DNA of 63,685 nucleotides, filler included, from Phoronis australis (GCA_002633005.1; 11 parts of 11 records of this genome joined end to end with filler, not necessarily neighbours in it); one strand, 5' to 3'; positions 36,514 through 49,325 are shown, counted from the first letter of the whole stretch. The notes: generated by a model from the sequence alone, not told the origin. A program made the numbers and translations.

Positions 36514-36962
36514 CTAATGTGCAGTTTTACTACATTAGCGCATTTGTAAGTCGAAATTTTGTTTCAGTGAAGGTAGCTCCATATTAAAATAATCCCATGG
36601 CCGATTTTAATGAAGACTTCCCAATTTACCTTAAAAACGCTCTAAAGAAAGTTCTATTAATAAGTTGGTTTTGTTTTTATGCCAAATTAACTTCCCAAAA
36701 CGTAAGGTATTTTTTGGTAAAAATAGCAACCACTTCCATTTATATAACGGAAGCATAGGCCATCTAGGCACATAAAAGGATAATCGTACTATCGTTTTAG
36801 AGATAGTTGAATAGATATTAAGTTTAGAAAGATGCAGTAAAAGTCACTCAACCATTTTGAAGAACACGTGTTCCTAACTTCCAAATAGTTCGATTTGGCC
36901 AAACCGAAGAAAAAAATTAAAAAGTTGCAAGTATGCAAAATCTGAGGGTTATCACTTACTTA

Positions 36963-37445
36963 TCAATAATGATATTGCTGGCGTACTAACAGTCCCAATA
37001 AATATTTCTTTGCTGCGTACGTCAAGAACTTTCTATATTTTTTGACATCGCCACTCTCCTTCCTGTCACCGTCGCTCGAGTCGTGGAACTCGTAGCATTC
37101 CTTCCCACAGACATCGTAAGCAGTTTTTCCTTTCTGTAAAATTTTAATCCGAATCAAAGTTAAACCTTTGCCAATGTAAAGTATACCATTGTTTAGTTTC
37201 CGGATGAAAATATCAATAAGTCTACCATTTGGTATATTGCCTATATCTACTTGGTGATCTTCAAGTTTGCCAAACTTTTTCTTCTCGATTCCGTTCAAAG
37301 TTATAACGTGTACAGGATTAGGAAAATAGGGAATATGGCCCGTCCGTGTACTATGTAATTCTATGAAATTTTTGAAAGATAAACTGCTGACGTTTGACCA
37401 GTAGATGTCGCCATGTATCCACGAACATTCAACTAAATTACCCAC
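36963..37445 (-). CDS. Unidentified 160-codon ORF, probably the 3' part of a decayed gene extending to ~38160
   Basis: Long stop-free frame in AT-rich DNA with globular-protein-like composition. No ATG start and no recognised domain. Confidence 0.4.
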   Translation of the reverse strand: MGNLVECSWIHGDIYWSNVSSLSFKNFIELHSTRTGHIPYFPNPVHVITLNGIEKKKFGKLEDHQVDIGNIPNGRLIDIFIRKLNNGILYIGKGLTLIRIKILQKGKTAYDVCGKECYEFHDSSDGDRKESGDVKKYRKFLTYAAKKYLLGLLVRQQYHY

Positions 37446-37479
37446 GGCAGCATACCGTCATTGAGGCCTCTTTACTGGC

Positions 37480-38030
37480 CTCTAGGCTCAGCAACTCATG
37501 ATACATGTATATTGGATACACTAACTCCTGCATTGGCCGCCAGGATCGCACATACAAGGCCCCCTCTTTAGGATGAACTCGCGATACAAGGAATATATTT
37601 CAAATCCTGATCTCTACTTACCACTAGCTAAGGGTCTATTATCAGAGATTTCCCCACTGTCTCATGTTATATTGGAAACACTGGTTCCTTTATTGGCCGC
37701 TAGGCTCGCACATGAAAGACTTCCTCATTATGAGTAATCCACTGCATAATATTAAATATTCTGATCTCTTTACATATCACTAGCGCAGACAACCAGTGAT
37801 TGCACCAAAACTCGTGTTTTATCGGATGCAGTGATTTCCGTAATGACCCGTAGGCTCGTACATGCAAGACCTTCTCTTTTTGATAAACTCGAAATGAACC
37901 AGAAACAGTGCACGTTCTGCTCTCGTAAGTTTCCACTAGATTACCATATTCTACCAAGTAACTTGCGATATACCAGAATCATTCCATGATTTGATCTCTT
38001 AATTTGCCGCTAGCGTCGCTAATGCTATCA
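37480..38030 (-). repeat. Three to four diverged ~150-bp internal repeats with protein-level similarity
   Basis: EKVLHVRAYG..LHPIKHE / EEVFHVRA*R..VFPI*HE / EGALYVRSWR..VYPI. DNA motifs (t/c)agg(c/a)tcg.acat and tgatctct....c(a/g)ctagc recur. Confidence 0.6.
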
Positions 38031-40588
38031 CTAAAGTTTTTCGCAATTCCGGAGTTTTTTAACTGAATTGCAGAAGTGTCGTAGCATCAGAGAGCCTTTA
38101 GTAAGTCCATGATAAGGTATGAACCAAAAATACATAATCTAATACAGTACTCGTCATTTCTCATACCTGACTGTATCGGACAGGTTCATAAATATTGTTC
38201 GTTACCAAATTGCGAAAAAATGACACGGTGTAACAGTAACATTAAAATGGAAATGAACCAGAGAGGTTATATGAATGACTAATTAAACCAGCAAGAGAAT
38301 AAATTCAATGATTCAAAAGATTTCTACCCTATCACAACATGCATGTAGATTACGGGTCCCTTACAGTTGTGAAGAATTTGGTCACTCATTCATCCAAAGT
38401 TATACATCTTCATATATTATTTTGGTTTTTCGTGCCGTTTGATACAGTTCTTCAGTAAAAAGTCAGGATGACATGACACTTACAAAACTGAAATGAAGTC
38501 CAAGTCCATATCCGAAATTTGCTGACAAAACTCTCCCGGTACATGTAGACGAAAATAAGGAAACAATATTCGTGAAAAATAGACAAATGGACAGTACACC
38601 CGTTCTACAGTTGCCAACATTCAAGAACGTAAAACACGGAATGAAGAACATCTGGGTTTGTGCGCAACATACAAGAAACGTCTCGTGTGGTACGTTAAAG
38701 ATGTTACACACAAATGCGCCACACTGCGTTTTTTGTTTTTTTGTTAAGAAGAATATGCAATTGCGGGTGCCTCAAAATTGCAGGTGCTACAAAAACCTAT
38801 GCAATGCTACATGTATATCATTTCAGTAGAACTGGAAAATAGTGCTATGTCGCGTGTGAAATTACAGTAGTAATTGATTATAATTTTTGTCGGTGTCGCC
38901 GCGCGTCAAAAAGCCAGGAATTTTGATGGTGTGATATTTCTCAGCAGCACGTGACCGTATCCCTGCAGTTCAGATTCCCCTTTTATAAAACGTGACTTAA
39001 AACATAGGACAGGCCACGACGTTGTTCATCAGTTCATTTCACCTGTTTTATAAAGAGTCTCAAAACTTAAGACAGCTCTTTGGTATTGCTTTCCCATTAA
39101 ACATTTGCCGAATAAAGGGTTAACCAAGTGATTATGAACCCACAACAGTATAGAAATAATTGATATAAGTTATCTGAGTAAGTATCAGTTTTCTGTTTAT
39201 TCTAAGAGTACTGCTCTTCTGCTCAAAGAAGGTTGAATTTTCGAAAAATAGTTGTGTTGACCATGTTAAAGTCGAAGAATTGGAAAACAGCGGCGAAGGT
39301 TTCAGGTCCCCTTCATAGACGGATGGGGGGGGGGGGGGNAACAGAAGGTCCACATCCCTCGGACCCCGCAACACGGGGCCGCCCTCTGTACATATAATCG
39401 GTCTTTGCCCAATTCCCCGAGGATGTTAGGCCACCTCCTTATGGTATCCTAGAACCGCCATTGTCCTTACATAGTGGGTTTATACTGCCATATCCTCAGT
39501 GCTGCGTTGCTAAATTTGGACTGAGTCCAAGTTACCGGTTGTTTAAAAAAATCCCTAACAGGGACTAAACTGAGTTCCTGAAATCTTTTACGTATTTGTT
39601 CATAACTCACATGAGAAATATTTTTCTATCATCTTTATTATGAGCTATTCTTTGGCGAACAATTTCTAATAATATAACTAAAAACTCACCCCTTGATTCA
39701 ATCAAACTAAGTAGGGACTTAGTTCTTTTACATGAATTACAAAAAAGATCCTAACGTTTTTACAATAATACTGAGAATCTGACTATTGTCCACCTGCTAT
39801 TTGTATCGAAACTAAAATTGGGTTAGTGTCTGATATTCAAACAGCTCTAAAAAGAAAGCACTCAGTGTTTTCACAAACCCACACATTTGCAGTAGATTTG
39901 GGGATGTTTTAGGGCTATTTCGTGCAACCGTGCACTGGGTATCAAAGCCGACGACGCTCACTTGCATGTACAACCGAATGTGAATTTATGAATAATCTTA
40001 AAATACGATGCAACAACGTACTTGTTTTTTGCACCAATACACAAGTATATGTTGACGCGTTAAAATGCAAAATCTTTTTACCTTTGTTATTTGTTATTGT
40101 CAAATTTTGGTCTCCGAACTCATTCGCAATAGTGTACAGATTCTGATAAAAAATATCTGCAAATTAAATGTACAATATGAATAAGCAGATGCTATTTCGT
40201 TTATATCTATATACATTTACTTTACAGCCTAACATCAATTGTGTAACAAAACATGTATTACTCGGTGTACAGTGTAACATACATGTATATCCGACAATAA
40301 AACATTCCGCAAATCCACACTCAGTACTACAACCACATAATGTGCGTATGTGTATTAGTTTTGATATATACAAAATGAACTAGTTTCTAAAATATTTTGA
40401 AATTAGAACACATTTGACGCTCAGTTTGGCTCATGGCTGTATTCTCCTGAAAATCAACTCAACTCACGACTTCAAGCTTATCACAGGGTAGAAGATACAA
40501 GTAGACCACAAGGCCCGCACTGTAAACATACACTGTACTATTGTATGTGAACCCACTTTGCCATCTGTCTCCACTTTTCCTATCTTAA

Positions 40589-41541
40589 ACAGTACACACC
40601 ATGGATTTTTGCACATTTTGAATAACCGGTGGCCACAGACTAAATATATGACGTAAAATTTAGCTAAAACCATGTTTATTTCGTGTAATTAGCTCGAAAT
40701 TTTGATTTTTCTTTCAATTTTGCCAATTTTCACATTTGCCGCCATGTGACGTCATGGGTTGAACACAAGAGATCAGTGACTAGCATTCGACAATGGCGGA
40801 GAGCAGGGAATTTGAAAGCAACGACGATTATGAGCAGGAATTGAACGAATACTATGAAGAATCGTACGGGAATAGTGGCCAGGATGAGGAAATGGGGTTG
40901 CACGAAAGCGAGAACAAGTTTAATGTGCTTCCGGCTGCGTACTTTGAGCCTTACGAACTGGATCCTCTCGCGAGAGAAGCGGCCTCGGGCTCAGCGAGTC
41001 AACTCAGTCATCAGAGACGATCCTGAATTAAGAGCCGATGTTTCTGAACGATAAATATTGTCCTTTATTGAACCAGGCCTTCATTGTAACGTCTCCTGTG
41101 ACTGGAGTCGAAACACGAGTCCTCAAAGTGGGCAGAACACAGAGTGGCCCCGGACCGAATCGCTTGGTCACGATGACGTCCCACACTCTCGTTCAGCGCA
41201 CGAAGCGATGCCACTTCTGCGCAACTTTGGTGTCCTTCAGAATACCGAGACGTTCTCCGCCAGGCTGCTGTTGCTACAGCCTCCGGAAACGCATCTTTTG
41301 ATCCCTCTACGAACCTTCTCGACGCTAAATGTACTTTGCTTTCTCTTCACTCTATACACGCTGTTTCTGATCCGAACAGTATTGCGAACGACTTGGTTTC
41401 AACCCATGACGTTGTACATAATTATTATTTTTTTTCAATGTTTGCGTGTTTCTTTATGAGCTGTGCACTAAAGGCACTGAAATCAAGTAAGATACAATAA
41501 TAAAATTTATTTTGAGGTACTAGAGTCATATTGTGTACACT
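40589..41541. mobile_element. Second Kolobok-type family: internally deleted element with KolX-like exon 1 (+, 40793-41050) fused to a THAP start (-, ~41305-41067)
   Basis: TTAA-ACAGTACACA ... TGTGTACACT-TTAA, with inverted acgtcatgggttgaa/ttcaacccatgacgt. Plus strand: acidic ..FEPYELDP..ELRADVSE. Minus strand: KRCVSGGCSNS..KDTKVAQKWHRFV..LCSAHFEDSCF. Confidence 0.72.
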
Positions 41542-43171
41542 TTAAGAAGCGGGACGTGGAAAAAATATAAAGGGCGTGCTGCGTCAATGTCAACGTACAC
41601 GATAACCTAAAACGTTTTCTAGAGTCGCCGGAGGTTTTAATATTCTTATTGGTAATGGGAAAACAGTCTTACATGTTAACAGTGGCCAGCTGTAATGAAG
41701 GTATTCAAGGACAAACAAAATGCGGTAGACTAAAAATTAGAAAGTCACTACAATGAGATAATGAAAATTTTCCCACTTTTTCCTTTTCTTCATCACTCAG
41801 GTAACGGAATCCGCCAAATTCCTCATTTGCTGACATCTTGTATCAAAGTAGCTATCGTTCCGTGCCTGGTTTAGCGACGCGGTTGTTTTTTCCGAGTTTC
41901 GATTTGTCGTTGTAAAAACGCATTGCCGTCATACTGTATGTGTCACCATTAGAGAGCGTTTGACTAGCAATGAACCGCGCAAGCAAGTCTATACATGATA
42001 TGTACAAGGATCGAGGAAAGCGTAGTGGGTCTGCCGTATTGTTTGTAAACGAGAATCAAATTAAGTTCCCAGTGCACCCTGGCCCACAGAAAGGTATCAT
42101 TTGTGGAGGGCTAGGACAAATATCAGATTGTCCACTATGACCACCATGGATACAATCCCCCTCTGTTGTCACCAATCCTCACGTTGGCTGTCGTCATTTT
42201 GCATCCCTCTACTCATCATACTTCTTTAATACATGGCCACTATGAGTTATGTGCTGACATTAACAGCCACCATGGAACCCAGGGGCTACGTTTTGCCTAG
42301 TTAGTGACCTGATGGTTTATGTAGTTACAATATAATTTCATGAGAGTCAAAGGGTCCATATTGGAAGACCTTTTCAGTGCCACTTATCCTGTGTATTTTG
42401 CAATGGCACTGTTGCACTAAAGGATCGATTTGCTTTTCAGGGTCACTAAACCTGTGTATTTTGCAAAGGCACTGTTGCAATAAATGATCAATTTGCTTTT
42501 CAAATCTGGCATAAATTGAAGAGTTTGCATGAAACTACGGTAAAAGATGAATCCGGTAAAGTGATTAAAAAATGTTAAACTGTACTTAAATGTTATTTGC
42601 CATAGGTTGTACATTTACTTTTAAAATATTTGACGGAAAATCTGTGAGTAAATGGCAACACCACTGGCAAGTCGCCCTCCTGTGTTTCCGCCATTTTCCT
42701 GAAAAGAGAGGACTGTTTCCCGGCTTTGAGACACCTTCCCGTTTAGATGCTGCATCAGTTTCTTCGCCTTTTGCTTGTCTCGCGTGTTCAAGGTTATAAG
42801 TTATCATTCTTAGTTTTTTTCAAGATCTTCTTCGATTGCGTCCACTTTGCAACTTGTTTTCATTTCCAGNNNNNNNNNNNNNNNNNNNNNNNNNNNNNNN
42901 NNNNNNNNNNNNNTTAATTAATTAANNNNNNNNNNNNNNNNNNNNNNNNNNNNNNNNNNNNNNNNNNNNTGAAATTAGCCTACATGTACAATCTATTTTT
43001 GACTTTAGGCTTCATTGCACACCATTTAGCTGTAAGAAATGAAATACGACCTCGCTTTACGCTTAAAAAATATTTTTATAGTTTTTACCTTGATAGGATT
43101 ACATTTCCATTTACCACGAAGAACTACCTCTTGACTAAAGACGAAACACCTTCAGAATTTATGGGAATTAG

Positions 43172-43487
43172 CATAGGCGGATTTAGCCCCCTCCCCCCTC
43201 AGCTGCCGCAAGCAAATGAAGGGGCAACAGTGTGGAGTGTGAGGAAATATTGAGTCTAGGAAGTAGGACCGGTAGCGGTGAACGTCCAAGTTGCCGCGGA
43301 GTGGCTGCTCCTTTTTTTTTAATCGATAGTCGAATGGTAGATTTTCCTGAATGGAAGGTGCACTTCCGCGGGCTGGCTCCCTCACCTTTTGGGCTGCTTA
43401 CGCACATGCAATTGCCAATCACACCTTGCACAATGTCCCGAGGCAACATGTTGAACACCCCTTTATGGTATCCTAGATCCGCCACTG
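43172..43487. mobile_element. MITE with CA(G/T)(T/A)GGCGGAT termini and 5-bp ATTAG flanking duplication; related ends at ~39460, 44821, 48700, 49048
   Basis: cataggcggatttag / ctagatccgccactg (12/15); ATTAG at 43167-71 and 43488-92. Confidence 0.65.
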
Positions 43488-45992
43488 ATTAGTACGGCCA
43501 GTTCCTCACACTTGCAAATTGGTTTGTGTTCGCAGCACTGCATGTTATTTGGGCATTGACAAATTCAAAATCTGATCAGATGAACATGTTGCCTTCAAAT
43601 GCAAGTATTGACAACCATGCGGCGTCAAATAAACATAACATCGGCTTTGTGACCGACTGTGTAAGACTCTGATGAATAGATAGTGTGCATTTTACAAGCC
43701 AATTACTTATGTCAAAAGTTATATTAGGCAAAATGCGAGGTATATCATAAGCACAAAGGCCATATACTTGGAGTATTTTTGTTTACACCTTTACAAATTA
43801 TCAAAGAATACAACTGCAGTGTAATTTGAAAACAAAAACAAAGCCGACCTCCGCAAGTGTTTACTTCCTATATAAAATACTCCTCCACTTGTGAAGACTC
43901 GGGTCATTCTATTAACGCGCACGTCATCAAAACGCTATCTGGGCGCTAGATGTCGCGAGAGTAAAAAAAGTAATTTTGCGACTGGGTCGCGTTTGCGTAT
44001 CGGCAACAAGCAACACATATACACTCTATTCACGCGGCGGACAATAAAATCCAAAGCGAGGCTCACTGCGATAAACAAAGCGGAAATTTACATTGCGTGA
44101 GTTAAATGGCTGGTCTTTGGAGTCCAATCTGAATATTAAATCTTAAAAAATGTGTCAATAACTAACCACAGAAACGTAGAAAAATACAGTTAAAGAACAA
44201 GTCAATGCATCAAAGAGTTATTTGACGAAAGGATATAGTTTTTTTTTCAGGAAAACTAGGTTCGAAACATGAAAAGTAAACATGACCAAATTGCGGCGAT
44301 CGTAGTGCCACGGATTAGGTATCATGCTGAATGCAGGGTTACGTTTTTTCTAATAAAGTCTTGATAAAAATGCTTTCTACACGAACCAGGTCATCTGGTC
44401 GTATTGTTGACGAGTTGAAGATATATTCGATAGTGGCGGCTCATAGCATTTTGCTGTCATGTGAAATTAGTTTCATCTGGTTTAATTTGTTGATCAAGAG
44501 TAGGCCTATTAGCTTCAAGCATAGCCTAGGTCCTGGTGAGGTAGGCACTACCAGGACTAACATTGATCTGAAATACTACTTGATGTTATTGAATATATAT
44601 TTTGATTACGATAAAAAACTAGGCTCGCACTTGAAAACAAAAATTATATGACCATCAATTCTGCTTTCTTGGTTTTAACAATTACGTCTATTTCATGTGT
44701 TATATTTTTCAAATATCAATCCCGACCAAGTTGAATTTTAAAATTAAAACACTTAATTCTTTCCAGCGTCCAAAGCATAACCTCGTTTTAGAGCTCAATT
44801 TCAGTTAACTGGACAGAACACAGTGACGGATTTAGAGGGGAGTCAAGGGGCTATGCCCCAGCACCCCCCCCCCTCTAAAATTCTCCCAGATTCCATTTGG
44901 CAGTTCAGGAGTGCGAATGTCTGACGGGNNNNNNNNNNNNNNNNNNNNNNNNNNNNNNNNNNNNNNNNNNNNTTAATTAATTAANNNNNNNNNNNNNNNN
45001 NNNNNNNNNNNNNNNNNNNNNNNNNNNNTAAGTAATTGTGAAATCTAAGTGGTTTAAAGAAAATAAATGAACGATTTTTCCGATTCGCCCGTGCCTTGTA
45101 CGGTTTATGCTTATAATACTGTAACATGAATACTGGGACCTAACCTGTTCCTGCGCCAGTTAGCTTATTGATAAATGTATGTGCTCCTTGCTATAGATGG
45201 CGTTACCAGTACTGTATATGATCTCAAGGGTTCTGTGCCTTTAATGAACCATACATCACGGTTTCCCAAATTGTGTAATAAATACATGTCTGTTGTCCCA
45301 CCTTTCTAACGTATTATTTTTATGTTGGCTAAGTGCATAGTTTTGCAATATGTCAACAATGACCGAGTTGTGTAGACAAAGGTATCAAGTTACTGTCCAC
45401 ACGTTTTTGATGCTCTGTAATCAATGCTTAACACCAGGCTGCTTCCCAATGATTATAAACAATTTTGTTGATCATAGACAAGCGAATTAAAGCGGTGCTC
45501 ACACTGGTGTTCAAATCCTTCTTGCTTATTCAATATTTGTCAAACAATGAACGCTGGTACTTCAGTTAGCCTTCTTTTGCTTCAGTCCTGGTTAGCTTTT
45601 GTAAGTATCAAGTACTTATGAGTTCCTTATAAAAATATGCAGCTGTAGGCTCAAAATTTCAAAAAATAAACATTAATTTTGTTTGTGTTGCACATGTAGC
45701 TTTTAAAGTCCTTCTTGCAAACTGCCCGTGTGGTTCCAGTATCCGAAAATACTTACTACATAAATTCTTATTTTCGACACCCTTTCTTTATTTTCTTTTC
45801 GCCTTTCTTGCCAAAAGCGATTTTTGAACAGTATTTGACCCTTCTCTCAGAGCGTATGATTACCGGTTGTCATCGGTTATTTCCGTACCCACATTTCCGG
45901 CTCATCAGTTCAGGAACTACACTCTATCACAGTGCTAAACGAAAGTTAGCACTGTAGAATGTTGTTTAATATGGCCTGCCATTGGTTAAAGA

Positions 45993-46083
45993 GAAAAGCT
46001 GTAATCAAGTGGAAAATATGTCTAGGATAACCAACCAACCTTATTTTAGCTCAAAATGACATGGAAAAAGGTTGCCTTCGCCT
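45993..46083 (-). mobile_element. Isolated ~90-bp Kolobok 5' terminus between 27-bp direct repeats
   Basis: Matches 22429-22519. tttaatatggcct(g/c)ccattggttaaag occurs at 45965-45991 and 46083-46109. Confidence 0.85.
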
Positions 46084-46257
46084 TTAATATGGCCTCCCAT
46101 TGGTTAAAGTAATGAAACTGACGTCATAACATTCAGCCATTCCCATTGGTTGAAAGTTGGGAAACCCCTTTCAGTTTACAAATTACGAAGTGTGGCGACC
46201 ACGGATTTAAGTAGTTTCATTTTATTAAAACGGACAGTGGTGGAAGTGAATAAGACC

Positions 46258-46470
46258 ATGAAAACCCCGATACAGTGGCTTAACCCGAAACAAATCCGAT
46301 GTATAAAGGTGTGTGTCAGTGGTGGCGATGTGGTCGTTATATTGCCGACGGGATGATGGAAGTACTGCCTATCTACGCGGACTTGCTTGCAGCCCGGGGA
46401 CAATTTGAGAAGTCTGTGTGTCTAGTAATCAGCCCGCTGAATGCCATTCTGGCCCAACAGAGATATATAG
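46258..46470 (+). pseudogene. RecQ-like SF2 helicase N-terminal fragment (motif 0/I/Ia), probably transposon-borne
   Basis: LNPKQIRCI..VSGGDVVVILPTG*, then EVLP...SVCLVISPLNAILAQQ. The GKS of Walker A is deleted. Confidence 0.7.
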
Positions 46471-47081
46471 GGAAGCTCTAATTCTTTCCTTTGGTGAAGA
46501 AGGTGAACTGGTGAACAATAACTTTGTTTCCATAATTACATGAGGTNNNNNNNNNNNNNNNNNNNNNNNNNNNNNNNNNNNNNNNNNNNNTTAATTAATT
46601 AANNNNNNNNNNNNNNNNNNNNNNNNNNNNNNNNNNNNNNNNNNNNACGTTTCCTTGCATAATGTCATCTAATAGACAAGTTGTTGGTAATAAATTGTTC
46701 CAAAACATTGATTGTTTTTTAAGAGGGAATTTAATTCAAGGCAGCCCTGAAAGCAAACGTTGTTAACTAGCTTGGATTTTTAACGTAACTTCATGTTGTC
46801 GGCGAATTGAAAAAATAAGAATCTCAGGACTCACGCTATCATTCTAAACGTAATTCAACATAGTTAGCCTCCTAGAGCGCCAGTTGTGCGAGTAATGTTT
46901 GCCAAATGTTTAGTGATCGACTCCGAGTTTCTCCCACTGATATGGCTTAAATAGAGATGTACTGCAAACTTGGGAGGGTGCCCCAATCACGTCTCTTGTC
47001 AATCAGTGTCAAAGCTGCACAGCATCGCAGACTTCGTATAAGCAAAAAACTTTGATGGAAAAGATTTCCAAAGTTACGCGT

Positions 47082-47215
47082 CACTATTCCGAAGGTTCAC
47101 TACTCCGAAGGTCTACTACTCTGAAGGGTCACTGCTCCGATAGTTTGCTGCCTTCGAAAATTCACTACTTCGAATGTCTTCCGAAACCAGAAGTCCGACA
47201 GTTCATTACTCTGAT
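47082..47215. repeat. Degenerate ~16-bp tandem repeat (cactactccgaaggtt)
   Basis: About 7 decaying units. Confidence 0.75.
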
Positions 47216-49259
47216 TGTCTGCTAATGAGTCGGAACTGACAAGAATAAAGTATTTATTTGTGTCCATTTAATAACCCTTAAAGGGTGTGCAAAGAGATGA
47301 ATAGTTCTTAAAACATTGATTACACTGTTTACAAATGAGCTCAGTTCCAATCAGTGTCAATCGTGATTCTTGAATCTGACGACTCATTCTGAAGCAGAGA
47401 CAATATCTGGGGCACGGGTCTGGACTGCGGCGAACAACAGCGATTTTAAATTTAAGAAGACTGAATGTGACTCTGACTGCAGGGACAGGGTACCTTACTA
47501 ACTACATTTAGTTTCTACCCAGCCGTGCGCGTGGTTCCGGTGGGTGAGATTGAGGCGCAGCGGTCCACATGTAAACTTTTCAGTCGCTACCGTGAAATGA
47601 AGCGATCTTGACATTGATTTGATGAATCGTTGAAATCACTGAAATAATAAAATGATGCAAAGTTTATCATCAAATTTCACTTTTACTGAAGCGTGAGATT
47701 TGCAGTTAAATAGTAATGCTACTTTTTGACTTTAAGACGTTGGTACATTTCACTTACTTTGAAACACATTTTCAATCTTCTGGGACGACTTTTATAAAAC
47801 TCAAGTGATAATAATATAAAACCGAAATCTCAAACTTCAAAACACAAATCAAGTTATAGCAGTTTTGAATTTCTCAGTAAACTCCACGATTTGGCCCATG
47901 CTTTCATCGTATACAATTCGGAAACCTAACTCGAGGTATTTAANGCTACCGTGAAATGAAGCGATCTTGACATTGATTTGATGAATCGTTGAAATCACTG
48001 AAATAATAAAATGATGCAAAATTTATCATCAAATTTCACTTTTACTGAAGCGTGAGATTTGCAGTTAAATAGTAATGCTACTTTTTGACTTTAAGACGTT
48101 GGTACATTTTACTTACTTTGAAACACATTTTCAATCTTCTGGGACGACTTTTATAAAACTCAAGTGATAATAATATAAAACCGAAATCTCAAACTTCAAA
48201 ACACAAATCAAGTTATAGCAGTTTTGAATTTCTCAGTAAACTCCCCGATTTGGCCCATGCTTTCATCGTATACAATTCGGAAACCTAACTCGAGGTATTT
48301 AAAAAAAAAAAAACGTTCCACCTCAAACCACGAAATAAAGCAACGGTTTTAGTTCAAAGACGGCTACGTACGAGTCTTCAACAGGAGTGAGTCCGTAAAC
48401 GCTCGACTGACTCGTGAAAAAGTAAGATCACGCAAGACCGCGCAAAATTAAACGAGTATAAAATTCGATTGGTTCTGGAGTATGCTCCAGTAGTCCACTA
48501 GCCAAACAGGGTTGAGGTTGGAATATTGAAGCAAGGAGTGTTTGTCGAAAAAATCAGTGTTCGTTCCATTAACATCGCAAGTAATTCCGAGTTCACTCAG
48601 AGGGTCTATGTGACGCAGCCCACTTCAAATCGAAAGTGTGACGCATACAACGACGCTGTGCGTAGAGCAGAGAGAATGCTTTGATTTTACTATCCGTTTC
48701 AGTGGCGGATCTAGGATATCATAAGGGGGGGCCCAACATNACAGGAGTGAGTCCGTAAACGCTCGACTGACTCGTGAAAAAGTAAGATCACGCAAGACCG
48801 CGCAAAATTAAACGAGCATAAAATTCGATTGGTTCTGGAGTATGCTCCAGTAGTCCACTAGCCAAACTGGGTTGAGGTTGGAATATTGAAGTGTCGAAAA
48901 AATCAGTGTTCGTTCCATTAACATCGCAAGTAATTCCGAGTTCACTCAGAGGGTCTTTGTGACGCAGCCCACTTCAAATCGAAAGTGTGACGCGTACAAC
49001 GATGCTGTGCGTAGAGCAGAGAGAATGCTTTGATTTTACTATCCGTTTCAGTAGCGGATCTATGATATCATAAGGGGGGGCCCAACATTTTGTCCGGCTG
49101 CAAACATTTGCGCAAACTGAACAATTGTAGATGCGCATAGCACCGAATGGGGAAATTTTTCTGTTTTTACCTCTAAAAATCAAGCATTTTCTTTGATTCC
49201 TGAAGTATTATCCAAGAAAAAAGGCAAAAAAAGAACGTGTCAAACAGGAAAACTGCAAG

Positions 49260-49325
49260 TATCAAAGACTCGAACTCACGACCTGCGGATAGAGCGCGCG
49301 TGCGTTTCCACTACACCACCACGAC
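49260..49325 (-). mobile_element. tRNA-derived SINE head / tRNA-like remnant
   Basis: Minus strand: TGGTGTAGTGG (A box) ... GAGTTCGAGTC (B box). No complete cloverleaf. Confidence 0.55.

Larger units (their letters stand above)
33269..36643 (+). repeat. ~3.35-kb direct duplicate of 28428-31781 (EPTP exons, 37-bp array, double-ended Kolobok)
   Basis: Collinear with scattered substitutions and indels. Copy 1 ends exactly at the single N at 31782. Confidence 0.95.

Noticed and set aside
47586-49088. Two ~350-bp tandem duplications
   Set aside because: Both are centred on single-N junctions (47945, 48740), so they are probable assembly overlaps.
49260-49325. Functional tRNA gene
   Set aside because: Only the A and B boxes are present. 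The acceptor and anticodon stems cannot be formed convincingly.
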